Below, one piece after another: positions 29,195 through 38,334 of a stretch of DNA of 64,000 nucleotides. The notes beneath the pieces were generated by a model. That model saw only the letters and a list, made by a program, of their open reading frames with translations, was not told where the DNA came from and searched no databases. The first letter of the stretch is position 1. Every line of letters begins with the position of its first letter. The stretch covers positions 10,973 to 74,972 of the forward strand of contig JAGRLG010000072.1 of NCBI GenBank assembly GCA_020441905.1, given 5' to 3'. The DNA is from Rhodobiaceae bacterium (GTDB lineage: Bacteria > Pseudomonadota > Alphaproteobacteria > Rhizobiales > NORP267). The translations under genes were made by a program, and so were the position numbers.

Positions 29195-30517
29195 CTATTT
29201 TGCGCGGTTGTCGATCACGCGCGCCGCCTTGCCTTCCGATCTCGGGACGCCGCCCGTTGGATGGATCTGGATCTTAACCGAAATTCCTATCATGTCCTTG
29301 ATAGCCTTGATGAGTGATGCTGTCGCAGCCTTGGCGGCATCGCTTTCAGGGCCACCGGCATTGGGCGCCAGCTCGGCATGCACGCGCATGGCGTCCATGG
29401 CGCCGTCCTTGTACATCTCGATCTGGTAATGGGGCGCGAAACGCTGGTCCTTGAGGATCTGTTCCTCGATCTGGGTCGGGAACACGTTGACGCCGCGCAG
29501 GATCATCATGTCGTCGGAACGGCCGGTGATCTTTTCCATGCGCCGCAGGGTGCGCGCGGTGCCCGGCATGAGACGGGTCAGGTCGCGGGTGCGGTAGCGC
29601 ACCATGGGCAGCGCTTCCTTGGTCAGCGAGGTGAAGACCAGTTCACCGAACTCGCCATCGGGCAGGACGTCGCCAGTCTCCGGATCGATGATCTCGGGGT
29701 AGAAATGATCCTCCCAGATATGCAGGCCGTCGCGGGTTTCGATGCATTCGCCGGCAACGCCGGGGCCGATGATCTCCGAGAGGCCGTAATTGTCGGTGGC
29801 GGCGATATTGGAGCGGCCCTGGATCTTGGAGCGGATCTCCTCGCTCCAGGGTTCGGCGCCGTAAAGGCCGATTTCGAGGCTGGTCGAATGGGGATCGACG
29901 CCGAGGCGGTCCATCTCGTCGAGGATGTTGAGCATGTAGGACGGGGTGACGGCGATGATGCGCGGCTTGAAGTCCTGGATGAGCTGGATCTGGCGCACGG
30001 TCTGGCCGCCCGACATCGGCACCACGGTGCAGCCGACGCGCTCGGCGCCATAGTGGAACCCGAGGCCGCCGGTAAACAGGCCGTAGCCGTATGTGACATG
30101 CATCAGGTCGCCGGGGCGCGCGCCGCCGGCGCGAATGGTGCGGGCCACCACATTGGTCCAGGTTTCAAGGTCGTTCTTGGTGTAGCCGACAACGGTGGGC
30201 TTGCCGGTGGTGCCGGAGGAGGCGTGAATGCGGGTGAGCTGCTGGCGCGGCACGGCGAACATGCCGAAGGGATAGGTTTCGCGCAGGTCCGCCTTGGCGG
30301 TGAAGGGAAATCGCGCCAGGTCCGAGAGCTCTTTCAGGTCGTCGGGATGGACGCCGGCGGCGTCGAATTTTTCCTTGTAGCGCGCCACATTGTCATAGGC
30401 GTGGCGCAGCGACCACTTCATGCGCTTGAGCTGAAGGGCCTGGATTTCATCGCGGCTGGCGGTTTCGATCGGCTCGAAATTCGCGGTATCCGGCTCAATT
30501 GTCTTCGCGTGTGTCAC
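29195..30517 (-). CDS. paaK: phenylacetate-CoA ligase
   Basis: AMP-binding motif SSGTTGKPT, YGLSEIIGPGV and a C-terminal PaaK domain. GTG start at 30517 after GAGGGGGA. 440 aa. Confidence 0.92.
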   Translation of the reverse strand: MTHAKTIEPDTANFEPIETASRDEIQALQLKRMKWSLRHAYDNVARYKEKFDAAGVHPDDLKELSDLARFPFTAKADLRETYPFGMFAVPRQQLTRIHASSGTTGKPTVVGYTKNDLETWTNVVARTIRAGGARPGDLMHVTYGYGLFTGGLGFHYGAERVGCTVVPMSGGQTVRQIQLIQDFKPRIIAVTPSYMLNILDEMDRLGVDPHSTSLEIGLYGAEPWSEEIRSKIQGRSNIAATDNYGLSEIIGPGVAGECIETRDGLHIWEDHFYPEIIDPETGDVLPDGEFGELVFTSLTKEALPMVRYRTRDLTRLMPGTARTLRRMEKITGRSDDMMILRGVNVFPTQIEEQILKDQRFAPHYQIEMYKDGAMDAMRVHAELAPNAGGPESDAAKAATASLIKAIKDMIGISVKIQIHPTGGVPRSEGKAARVIDNRAK

Positions 30518-30918
30518 CTTAGTCCCCCTCGTCAAGAAACAGCTTCTTGTTGCAACGCCCGGCAACCGGCCGGTTGTCCCTTGGCGCAATCTGCCTTTGC
30601 CCCTGCCGGCGCCCATCATAGCAAGGGTTGCCGGCCGCGGAGCCAATTTTCCACTCCGGGCACACCAAATGCGCGAAATCAAACATCGATCTGCCATTTC
30701 GCTGCGAAGCGGCTGCCGCTAATATCTCAAATGGATGCGACCAAGGGCGCACCCGCTGGAGGAGAGTTGCATTGGGGATCCTCCGGTCCCAGCTTTGTCT
30801 AAAGTGATAGTGTTTTTTAGGTCAACTGAAAATTTTTGTATCATTTCCGCCGACGGCGGTTTCGGCGCCGAACCAGGGACCGGGATCGGGACGGTTTTTT
30901 GAAAGGATGGCAGGCTAG

Positions 30919-32604
30919 ATGAATATGGAATCAAGTTCCGCCCACAAGGCAACTCTGGCGCATGCGCGGGTCGCGATTCGCGCGCGAACCTATTGGAGCG
31001 CCTTCTCCGAGCGCCCGGTCGGAAACGCCTATGGCGAAGGCGCCGTGGAGGCCGGCGAAATGGCGTTCAAGGCCTTGCTGGGCAAACAGTTTCCAATCGA
31101 TCAGCCCAATTCGCGCAACCTGTTTGCGGGCGCCGAAAAGTCCCCCTACGGCATGGAGCTCGGAATAACCTATCCCCGTTCAAGCGTGGCCGAACTTGTC
31201 GCCGCCGGGCAGGCGGCCATGGCGCACTGGCCGGCGGTGGGCCCGGATGCCCGCGCCGAGGTGCTGATCGAGGCCGTGGTGCGGCTAAACCGCGCAAGCC
31301 CGCTTATGGCCGCCGCGATCATGCATACCACCGGGCAGGCGCCGACCATGGCGTTCCAGGCCAATGGCCCCAATGCGCAGGACCGGGCGCTGGAAGCCAT
31401 CGCCTATGCCTTCGATGCCATGGAGGCGGTGCCGCGCCACCCGGTGTTCTGGGAAAAGAAGCTGCACAACCAGCGCCCGCCGATGCGGGTGGAGAAACAT
31501 TTCCGCATTGTGCCGCGCGGCATCTCGGTGGCCATCGCCAGCGGAACCTTTCCGACCTGGAACAGCTATCCGGGCATATTCGCCAGCCTGGCCGGGGGCA
31601 ATGCGGTGATCGTGAAGCCCAATCCGCGCGCCATCCTGCCGATGGCGATCAGCGTCGACATCATCCGCGGCGCCCTGCGCGATGCCGGCTATGACCCCAA
31701 TCTCGTCACCTTGTGCGTCGATACGCCGGAGGAGCTGATTGCCAAGGACCTGGCGCTCGATCCGGCGGTCAAGATCGTCGATTACACCGGCTCCAGCGAA
31801 TTCGGCGAATGGCTCGAGGAGAACGCCAAGCAGGCCACCGTCTATGCCGAAAAGACCGGCATCAACACCGTCATCATCGACAATTTCGACGATCTCGACG
31901 GCATGGCCAGCAACCTTGCCTTCGCCTTTTGCCTCTATTCGGGGCAGATGTGCACGACGCCGCAAAACGTCTTCATCCCCGAAGGCGGGATCACCTCCGG
32001 CACGCGCAGCTATTCCTTCGACGAAGTGGCGAAACGGCTTGCCGGCGCGGTTGACGAACTGGTGTCAAAGCCGAGCCGCGCCGCGGAAATCCTAGGCGCG
32101 ATACAATCGGAAGCCACTTTGGAGCGCATCGACGAGGCGCGCAAGGCGGGCGAAATCGTGCTCGATTCAAGAGCCGTCGATCACCCGAAATATCCCCAGG
32201 CGCGGATGCGCACGCCGCTGATCGTCAAGCTGGCGGGGGACGATGCCGCCAACCAGAACAGGAAGTGCTTCGGGCCCATCGTGTTCCTGGTCCCGACCAG
32301 GGATACCGCCGATTCGATCGCGCGCATGCAGGCTTCGGCGCAGGCCAATGGCGCCATGACGGTGTCGCTTTATTCGCGCGACCGGGAGACGATCGCCCGC
32401 ACCGAGCTGGCGGCGGCCAAGGCCGGGGTCAACCTGTCGGTCAATTTCACCGGCTCGCTGTATGTCAACCTGTCGGCGGCTTTCAGCGATTTCCACGGCT
32501 CGGGGGCCAATCCGGCCTCCAATGCGACGCTGGTCAATCACGGCTTTGTCGAGGGCCGCTACCGCGTCGTGCAGACCGGCATCGAGCTGGGATCGACCTC
32601 CTGA
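30919..32604 (+). CDS. paaN: phenylacetic acid degradation protein PaaN (ring-opening aldehyde dehydrogenase type)
   Basis: 561-aa aldehyde-dehydrogenase-fold protein with the PaaN-type N-terminus (RTYWSAF.ERP...). Divergent from paaK and followed by paaG. Confidence 0.8.
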   Translation: MNMESSSAHKATLAHARVAIRARTYWSAFSERPVGNAYGEGAVEAGEMAFKALLGKQFPIDQPNSRNLFAGAEKSPYGMELGITYPRSSVAELVAAGQAAMAHWPAVGPDARAEVLIEAVVRLNRASPLMAAAIMHTTGQAPTMAFQANGPNAQDRALEAIAYAFDAMEAVPRHPVFWEKKLHNQRPPMRVEKHFRIVPRGISVAIASGTFPTWNSYPGIFASLAGGNAVIVKPNPRAILPMAISVDIIRGALRDAGYDPNLVTLCVDTPEELIAKDLALDPAVKIVDYTGSSEFGEWLEENAKQATVYAEKTGINTVIIDNFDDLDGMASNLAFAFCLYSGQMCTTPQNVFIPEGGITSGTRSYSFDEVAKRLAGAVDELVSKPSRAAEILGAIQSEATLERIDEARKAGEIVLDSRAVDHPKYPQARMRTPLIVKLAGDDAANQNRKCFGPIVFLVPTRDTADSIARMQASAQANGAMTVSLYSRDRETIARTELAAAKAGVNLSVNFTGSLYVNLSAAFSDFHGSGANPASNATLVNHGFVEGRYRVVQTGIELGSTS

Positions 32605-32605
32605 G

Positions 32606-33421
32606 ATGGTGGACAAACAGACAGGGGCCGGCAGCGAGGCGCCGCTGGCCGTAGACGTGAAGGGCGGCGTCGCCACGCTGACGCTCAACCGGCCGCAGGC
32701 GATGAACAGCTTCAACGCTGCCATGCACGAGGCGATGGCGGCGGCCCTGGCGCGCATCGGGGCCGACGAGGCGGTGCGGGCGCTCATCATCACCGGGGCA
32801 GGGCGCGGCTTTTGCGCCGGGCAGGACCTGACCGAACGCAAGCGCGCGCCGGGCGATCCGCCGCCAGATCTCGGGGCCTCGCTCGAAGCGCGCTACAACC
32901 CGATGATCCGCGCCCTGGTGAACTTTCGCGTGCCAACCATCGCCGCGGTCAACGGGGTTGCCGCCGGGGCGGGGTGCAGCCTGGCGCTGGCCTGCGACAT
33001 GGTGATCGCGGGCCGTTCGGCCAAATTCGTCCAGGCATTCTCCAAGATCGGCCTCATTCCCGATTCCGGCGGCACCTGGATGCTGCAACGGCTGATCGGG
33101 CGCGCCAAGGCGCTGGGCATGGCGCTGACCGGAGAGCCGGTGGCGGCGGTCGAGGCCGAGCGCATAGGACTGATCTGGAAAGTGGTCGAGGATGGCGAAC
33201 TGATGGCGGAGGCCAACGCACTGGCTGAAGGTTTTGCCTCCGGCGCCGGGCTTGGGCTGGCCAAGGTCAAGGAGCTGATGCTGGCGGGAGCGACCAACGA
33301 TCTCGATGCCCAGCTTGACCTGGAGCGCGACACCCAGCGCGAGCTTGGCAGGAGCGAGGACTACGCGGAAGGAACGCGCGCCTTTCTCGAAAAGCGCAAG
33401 CCGGTCTACAAGGGGAAATAG
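32606..33421 (+). CDS. paaG: enoyl-CoA hydratase/isomerase PaaG-like
   Basis: Crotonase fold with the GAGRGFCAGQDL oxyanion-hole motif. Starts 2 nt after the paaN stop. Confidence 0.85.
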   Translation: MVDKQTGAGSEAPLAVDVKGGVATLTLNRPQAMNSFNAAMHEAMAAALARIGADEAVRALIITGAGRGFCAGQDLTERKRAPGDPPPDLGASLEARYNPMIRALVNFRVPTIAAVNGVAAGAGCSLALACDMVIAGRSAKFVQAFSKIGLIPDSGGTWMLQRLIGRAKALGMALTGEPVAAVEAERIGLIWKVVEDGELMAEANALAEGFASGAGLGLAKVKELMLAGATNDLDAQLDLERDTQRELGRSEDYAEGTRAFLEKRKPVYKGK

Positions 33422-33451
33422 CTCAACCGGCGGAAGCCGCCAGAAAACCGG

Positions 33452-34354
33452 ATGGAGATGCATAGCCACTCCCATCGCCACGGCCAAGCGGGCGGGCATC
33501 GGCACGGGGCCCATGCCAATGAGCGGCGCACCCTGTGGGCGGCGCTGCTGACCGGCGGTTTCATGCTCGCGGAGGTGGCGGGCGGCCTCGTTTCCGGCTC
33601 GCTGGCGCTCATCGCCGACGCGGCGCACATGCTCACAGACACGGTGGCGCTGGGACTTGCCTTTGCCGCTTTCCGCCTGGCGCGGCGCGGCGCCGGCCCG
33701 CGCCACACCTACGGGCTGCGCCGCATGCCGGTGCTGGTCGCCTTCGGCAACGGCCTTGCCCTGTTCTTCATCGTCGGCTGGATCGTCATCGAGGCGATCC
33801 AGCGCCTCGCCGCGCCGCAGCCCATCCTGGCCGCGACGATGATGGCGGTGGCGCTGGGCGGCCTTGCCGTCAATATCGCGGTCTACGCCATCCTGCACGG
33901 CGCTGATCGCGACAATCTCAATATCCGCGGCGCCATGCTCCATGTCCTTGGCGACCTGCTCGGCTCGCTGGCGGCGATCGCCGCCGCGCTTGTTATCCTG
34001 GCCACAGGCTGGACCGGGGCCGATCCGCTGTTGTCCATCCTGGTGGCCGCCATCGTCCTTGTCGGCGCCTTCCGCCTGACGCGGGATTCGGCCCATATCC
34101 TGCTGGAAGGGGCGCCTTCGGGCATCGACATCGACGTCGTCGCCCAGGACCTCGCCGACACGGTGCCCGGCGTCACCGGGGTTCACCATGTCCATGTCTG
34201 GTCGCTCAGCGAGGATGGTGTCATGGCGACGCTGCACGCCGTTGTCGACGAAGAGGTGGATGGCGACACCGTTCTTGCCGCGATCCGCGCGCGGCTTTCG
34301 GGCGAGTTCGGCATTGGCCATGCCACGGTGCAGATCGAGCGCGAGGGGTGCTAG
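33452..34354 (+). CDS. cation diffusion facilitator (CzcD/ZitB-like) divalent metal efflux transporter
   Basis: His-rich N-terminus (MEMHSHSHRHGQAGGHRHGAH), six TM segments, HMLTD and HVLGD metal-site motifs, and a C-terminal cytoplasmic domain. Confidence 0.9.
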   Translation: MEMHSHSHRHGQAGGHRHGAHANERRTLWAALLTGGFMLAEVAGGLVSGSLALIADAAHMLTDTVALGLAFAAFRLARRGAGPRHTYGLRRMPVLVAFGNGLALFFIVGWIVIEAIQRLAAPQPILAATMMAVALGGLAVNIAVYAILHGADRDNLNIRGAMLHVLGDLLGSLAAIAAALVILATGWTGADPLLSILVAAIVLVGAFRLTRDSAHILLEGAPSGIDIDVVAQDLADTVPGVTGVHHVHVWSLSEDGVMATLHAVVDEEVDGDTVLAAIRARLSGEFGIGHATVQIEREGC

Positions 34355-34359
34355 GGAGC

Positions 34360-34569
34360 CTAGCAGCAGGCGCCCTTGCCCTGCTCCTGAACCGGCGGGC
34401 ACGGCACGGAGCCATAGGAGCAATAAACACAGCAGTCGCCGGGTTTCGGCCTCAAGACCGCGCCGCAGCCCTTGCAGTCATAAAAATACTGGCAGGCATT
34501 GGCCGGCATGGTTTCAGGCTGCGCATGGCCGCAATGGGGGCAGGTGATGAGGCTGATGTTTTCGGTCAT
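34360..34569 (-). CDS. GDCCVxC domain-containing cysteine-rich protein (Cys form of a (seleno)protein family)
   Basis: 69 aa with CPHC, CKGC, GDCCVYCSYG, CPP and a terminal GACC: 12 Cys in total. Convergent with the CDF gene, 5 nt between the stop codons. Confidence 0.75.
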   Translation of the reverse strand: MTENISLITCPHCGHAQPETMPANACQYFYDCKGCGAVLRPKPGDCCVYCSYGSVPCPPVQEQGKGACC

Positions 34570-34730
34570 TGTCCCTTGCCGCCGCCGCTCCCCTAGGCCA
34601 AATCAAGTGTAGCCCTTTGCGCGGCGGCGAACAGGGCTTAAAAGGAGGCGCGCCTTCAAGCTCTTGCGAGCACCTGCCGCCAGAGCGTGGCGCACAGGTT
34701 GCTTAACTGACAACAGACAGGACAGACAAC

Positions 34731-35933
34731 ATGGCCGAGGCATTCATCTGCGACGCAATCCGTACTCCGATCGGGCGCTATGGCGGCTCGCTGGCGCAGG
34801 TGCGCACCGACGATCTGGCGGCCGTTCCGATCAAGTCGCTGGTGGAACGCAACGGCGCGGTGGACTGGGAAGCGATCGACGACGTCATCTATGGCTGCGC
34901 CAACCAGGCCGGCGAGGACAATCGCAACGTCGCCCGCATGGCGGTGCTGCTGGCGGGCCTGCCCGAGAAGGTGCCGGGCACAACCGTCAACCGGCTCTGC
35001 GGCTCGGGCATGGACGCGGTCGGCATCGCGGCGCGCGCCATCAAGGCCGGCGAGGCGCGGCTGATGATGGCGGGCGGGGTGGAAAGCATGTCGCGGGCGC
35101 CTTTTGTCACCGGCAAGGCGACCACCGCCTTTTCGCGCAATGCCGAGATCTTCGACACAACAATCGGCTGGCGTTTCGTCAATCCGATCATGAAGGCGCA
35201 ATATGGTATCGATTCCATGCCGGAAACGGGCGAGAACGTCGCCGAGCAATGGCAGATCGCCCGCGAGGACCAGGACCGCTTCGCGCTGAATTCGCAAAAC
35301 AAGGCTTCCGCCGCCCAGGCCAATGGCCGCCTGGCCAAGGAGATCTGCCCGGTGGTCATTCCCCAGCGCAAGGGCGATCCGGTGATCGTCGACAGGGACG
35401 AGCATCCGCGCGCGACGACCATCGACAAGCTGGCGGCCCTGGGCACGCCGTTCCGCAAGAACGGCACGGTGACGGCGGGCAATGCCTCGGGGGTCAATGA
35501 TGGCGCCTGCGCTCTCATTCTCGCCGACGAGGAAACGGCAAAAGCCAACGGGCTGACGCCAAGAGCGCGGGTGCTGGGCATGGCATCCGCCGGCTTGGCA
35601 CCCCGCGTCATGGGCTATGGCCCGGTGCCGGCAGTCAACAAGCTGCTGGCCCGCCTTGGCCTCACCGTCGCGCAAATGGATGTCATCGAACTCAACGAAG
35701 CCTTTGCCTCGCAGGGCCTCGCCGTGCTGCGCGGCCTTGGCGTTGCCGACGACGACCCGCGCGTCAATCCCAATGGCGGCGCCATCGCGCTTGGCCATCC
35801 GCTGGGCATGTCGGGCGCGCGCCTGGTGACGACGGCGACCTATGAGTTGCATGAGAAGGGCGGCAGATATGCGCTGTGCACCATGTGCATCGGCGTCGGC
35901 CAGGGCATTGCCATGGTGATCGAAAAGGTCTGA
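34731..35933 (+). CDS. paaJ: 3-oxoadipyl-CoA thiolase
   Basis: Thiolase motifs NRLCGSGMDA (active-site Cys), NPNGGAIALGHPLGMSG and CIGVGQG. 400 aa. Confidence 0.9.
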   Translation: MAEAFICDAIRTPIGRYGGSLAQVRTDDLAAVPIKSLVERNGAVDWEAIDDVIYGCANQAGEDNRNVARMAVLLAGLPEKVPGTTVNRLCGSGMDAVGIAARAIKAGEARLMMAGGVESMSRAPFVTGKATTAFSRNAEIFDTTIGWRFVNPIMKAQYGIDSMPETGENVAEQWQIAREDQDRFALNSQNKASAAQANGRLAKEICPVVIPQRKGDPVIVDRDEHPRATTIDKLAALGTPFRKNGTVTAGNASGVNDGACALILADEETAKANGLTPRARVLGMASAGLAPRVMGYGPVPAVNKLLARLGLTVAQMDVIELNEAFASQGLAVLRGLGVADDDPRVNPNGGAIALGHPLGMSGARLVTTATYELHEKGGRYALCTMCIGVGQGIAMVIEKV

Positions 35934-35959
35934 CCCTGCCTTAAAGACTGATTCAATTC

Positions 35960-35996
35960 AGGCCGCCAGGGCATTGTTCTGGCGGCCTTTTGTTTT
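35960..35996 (+). terminator. Rho-independent terminator after paaJ
   Basis: AGGCCGCCAG-N9-CTGGCGGCCT followed by TTTGTTTT. Confidence 0.8.
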
Positions 35997-36052
35997 CATT
36001 ATGGTGTTTGTCTTTTTGCCGATTGTTTTAATTTTCCGGGACGGGGCGCTGG

Positions 36053-36748
36053 ATGGCGGATCTATCAAACTGGAGTGGCTGCTCCCTGCCGGAGCGGCGC
36101 CTGATTGAGGGGCGCTATGTGAGGCTGGAGCCGCTCGATGCGGCGCGCCATGGCGATGGACTTTTTGCGGTGTTGACCATGAGCGATGCGGATCAGCGGT
36201 TTCGCTTTCTGCCCGATATGCCGCCGCGAAGCCGCGCTGAGTTCCAGCCCTGGCTGGAGCGTGCGCAGGCCAGCACCGAGACATGGTTTTTCACCGTCAT
36301 CGACCTGGCAAGCGATTGCGTCGCCGGCCGGCAAGCGCTGATGCGCATTGATGCGGCCAACGGCGTCATCGAAATTGGCCATATCCTTTGGAGCGCCATC
36401 ATTGCCCGGCAAAGGGCGGCAACCGAGGCGTTTTACCTGTTCGCCCGGCATGTCTTCGCCGATCTTGGCTATCGCCGCCTGGAATGGAAGTGCAATGACG
36501 AAAACGAGCCGTCGAAGCGGGCGGCGCTGCGCTTCGGCATGCGGTTCGAGGGCGTTTTCCGCCAGCATCTGGTGGTCAAGGGAGCCAACCGCAATACAGC
36601 CTGGTTCTCCATGATCGATAAGGAATGGCCGCGTAACCGCGCCGCTTTTGAAGCTTGGCTGCTGCCGGAAAATTTCGACCGCGAGGGCCGGCAGATCCGT
36701 AGCTTGAGCGAGATCCGAGATGCAATTCAGGCGGAAGGCGTGGTGTAG
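36053..36748 (+). CDS. GNAT family N-acetyltransferase (RimJ/RimL-like)
   Basis: YVRLEPLD...IEIGHI...ATEA..L...VF.DLGYRRLEWKCN..N..S..AA.RFGM.FEG pattern of RimJ/L-type acetyltransferases. Confidence 0.8.
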   Translation: MADLSNWSGCSLPERRLIEGRYVRLEPLDAARHGDGLFAVLTMSDADQRFRFLPDMPPRSRAEFQPWLERAQASTETWFFTVIDLASDCVAGRQALMRIDAANGVIEIGHILWSAIIARQRAATEAFYLFARHVFADLGYRRLEWKCNDENEPSKRAALRFGMRFEGVFRQHLVVKGANRNTAWFSMIDKEWPRNRAAFEAWLLPENFDREGRQIRSLSEIRDAIQAEGVV

Positions 36749-36784
36749 GCCTCGCGAGGCAATCACATTTTGCGCGGCTGGCGA

Positions 36785-37021
36785 TCAGAACGCCTTGAAG
36801 CAGATCAGGGTATGGGTGTCGGCGATGCCGTCGAATTTCTGCACCTTCTCGGAAACGAAATGGCCGATGTCGGTTTCCGAGTCGACATAGAACTTGACCA
36901 GCAGGTCGTAGTCGCCGGCGGTGGAATAGATCTCCGAGGCGATCTCCGCATTGGCGATTTCGTCGGCGACTTCATAGCAGCGACCAAGCTTGCACTTGAT
37001 CTGGACGAAGAAAGGGATCAT
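36785..37021 (-). CDS. stand-alone Lrp/AsnC ligand-binding (RAM) domain protein
   Basis: 78 aa (MIPFFVQIKCKLGR...GDYDLLVKFYV...) matching the C-terminal effector domain of Lrp/AsnC, with no HTH. Trimmed to ATG 37021. Confidence 0.7.
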   Translation of the reverse strand: MIPFFVQIKCKLGRCYEVADEIANAEIASEIYSTAGDYDLLVKFYVDSETDIGHFVSEKVQKFDGIADTHTLICFKAF

Positions 37022-37165
37022 CTGGCGGGTCCTTGAGGGTCTGTGCCGGGGCGGGTCTTGCTGGCGCAATCTTGCCCGTTGAACTTGCGATTCCTAGTTT
37101 CAAGTGCAGCAGAAGCGGCGCGCCGCGGCAAGGGTCTTGGCGCCAATTTCCCGCCAGGGCGCGCG

Positions 37166-38053
37166 TCAGGTGACTAGGGCCGCCATGGCGGCCAGTTCGA
37201 TGGCCAGGCTGCCGTCGGGGTCGGCAAGGTCGTCGAGCACGGTGAAATGGTTGCGGCCGCGCTGGATATGGTACTGGCACTGGTTGCCCGCCCGGCCCCA
37301 TTGGCGCGCCAGTTCGCGCGACTGCCAGTGGAAGGCCTCGCTTTCCGCTTCCCCGGCGCAGGCGATGACGTGTTTTCCCGCCGGCGCCGGGCGCAGTAGC
37401 GGGCTTGCGGCGCGCGCTGTTTCCTCGCTCAAGCGCAGATTGTCGTTGACCGAGCTGTGCATCATGTCTCGCAGATCGAACAGGCCGGAAATGGCGATGC
37501 CGCCGGGAACGAGGTTTTGCGGCAGGGCGTGGTCGAGGCCGGAAAAATCGAAGCTCAGCATGGCACCGGTCAGGTGGCCGCCGGCGGAATGCCCACAGAC
37601 CAGGATCTGGCGGCCATAGCTGTTGAACAGGAAGGCGACGGCGGCGGTCATCTGGCGCTCGATGGTGGCGATGTCGACCTTGGGGCACAGGTCGTAAGAA
37701 GGAACGGCCAGGGCGATGCCATGGGCGTTTGGGCCGCGCGCTATGTGGCTGAAATATTTGCGGTCCAGGGCCTGCCAGTAGCCACCGTGGATGAACATGG
37801 CGATGGGGCAGGAGGCGCTCTCGGCGCCATCGGGCCAGAACAGGTCGAGCCGGGTGCGGGCGCTGCCGCCGCCCGCTTCGTCGAGATAGGGCAGGTCGAG
37901 TTCGCCCTTTGCCGAATCGCGCCAGGCGGCGGCGTCATGTTCCCAGCGGTTCAGGATGTCGGGGAATTCGGGCACCGCGGCGCGGGCGTTGTAGGCGGGT
38001 TCGCACAGGGCGCGCAGCTTGCTTTCATCGGTGATGCCGCTGGCTACATACAT
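37166..38053 (-). CDS. alpha/beta hydrolase (esterase / arylformamidase-like)
   Basis: HGGYW oxyanion motif and the nucleophile elbow GHSAGGH. ATG 38053 follows AGGAGG. Confidence 0.8.
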   Translation of the reverse strand: MYVASGITDESKLRALCEPAYNARAAVPEFPDILNRWEHDAAAWRDSAKGELDLPYLDEAGGGSARTRLDLFWPDGAESASCPIAMFIHGGYWQALDRKYFSHIARGPNAHGIALAVPSYDLCPKVDIATIERQMTAAVAFLFNSYGRQILVCGHSAGGHLTGAMLSFDFSGLDHALPQNLVPGGIAISGLFDLRDMMHSSVNDNLRLSEETARAASPLLRPAPAGKHVIACAGEAESEAFHWQSRELARQWGRAGNQCQYHIQRGRNHFTVLDDLADPDGSLAIELAAMAALVT

Positions 38054-38183
38054 CCGGTTGCCTCCTGCTATGCCGCCGCGCCGCTGCGCGACCGCCTGAC
38101 CTGGCCGCAGGTTTACCGCTGCTGCCATCGAGCGCAAGTCCCCCGTTGCAAAGCGGAGCGGCTTGAATTATTCGTGGGACGAA

Positions 38184-38272
38184 ATCTCATTGGGGTGCCC
38201 ATGATGGGCTGAGAGGCGCCAAGCCAACCCATAGAACCTGATCCGGATCATGCCGGCGGAGGAAATTGAGAT
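38184..38272 (+). promoter_or_regulatory. TPP (THI-box) riboswitch
   Basis: GGGGTGCCC...GGGCTGAGAGG...ACCC...GAACCTGATCCGGATCATGCCGGCGGAGGAA. The P1 stem pairs ATCTCA (38184..38189) with TGAGAT (38267..38272). It ends 62 nt upstream of thiM. Confidence 0.9.
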
Positions 38273-38334
38273 GCCTGCCAATAGACGACTTGCCCTTTTC
38301 GCGCTGCCCGCGCCCCATTTGGCGGAGCGGGACG

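Noticed and set aside
27321-36000. Region to the right of tRNA-Lys considered as an intact genomic island or mobile element.
   Set aside because: I found no integrase, transposase, conjugation or phage genes and no distal repeat of the att-like 13-mer beyond 27447. Codon usage of the paa genes looks like the rest of the window. Only a scar hypothesis is retained.
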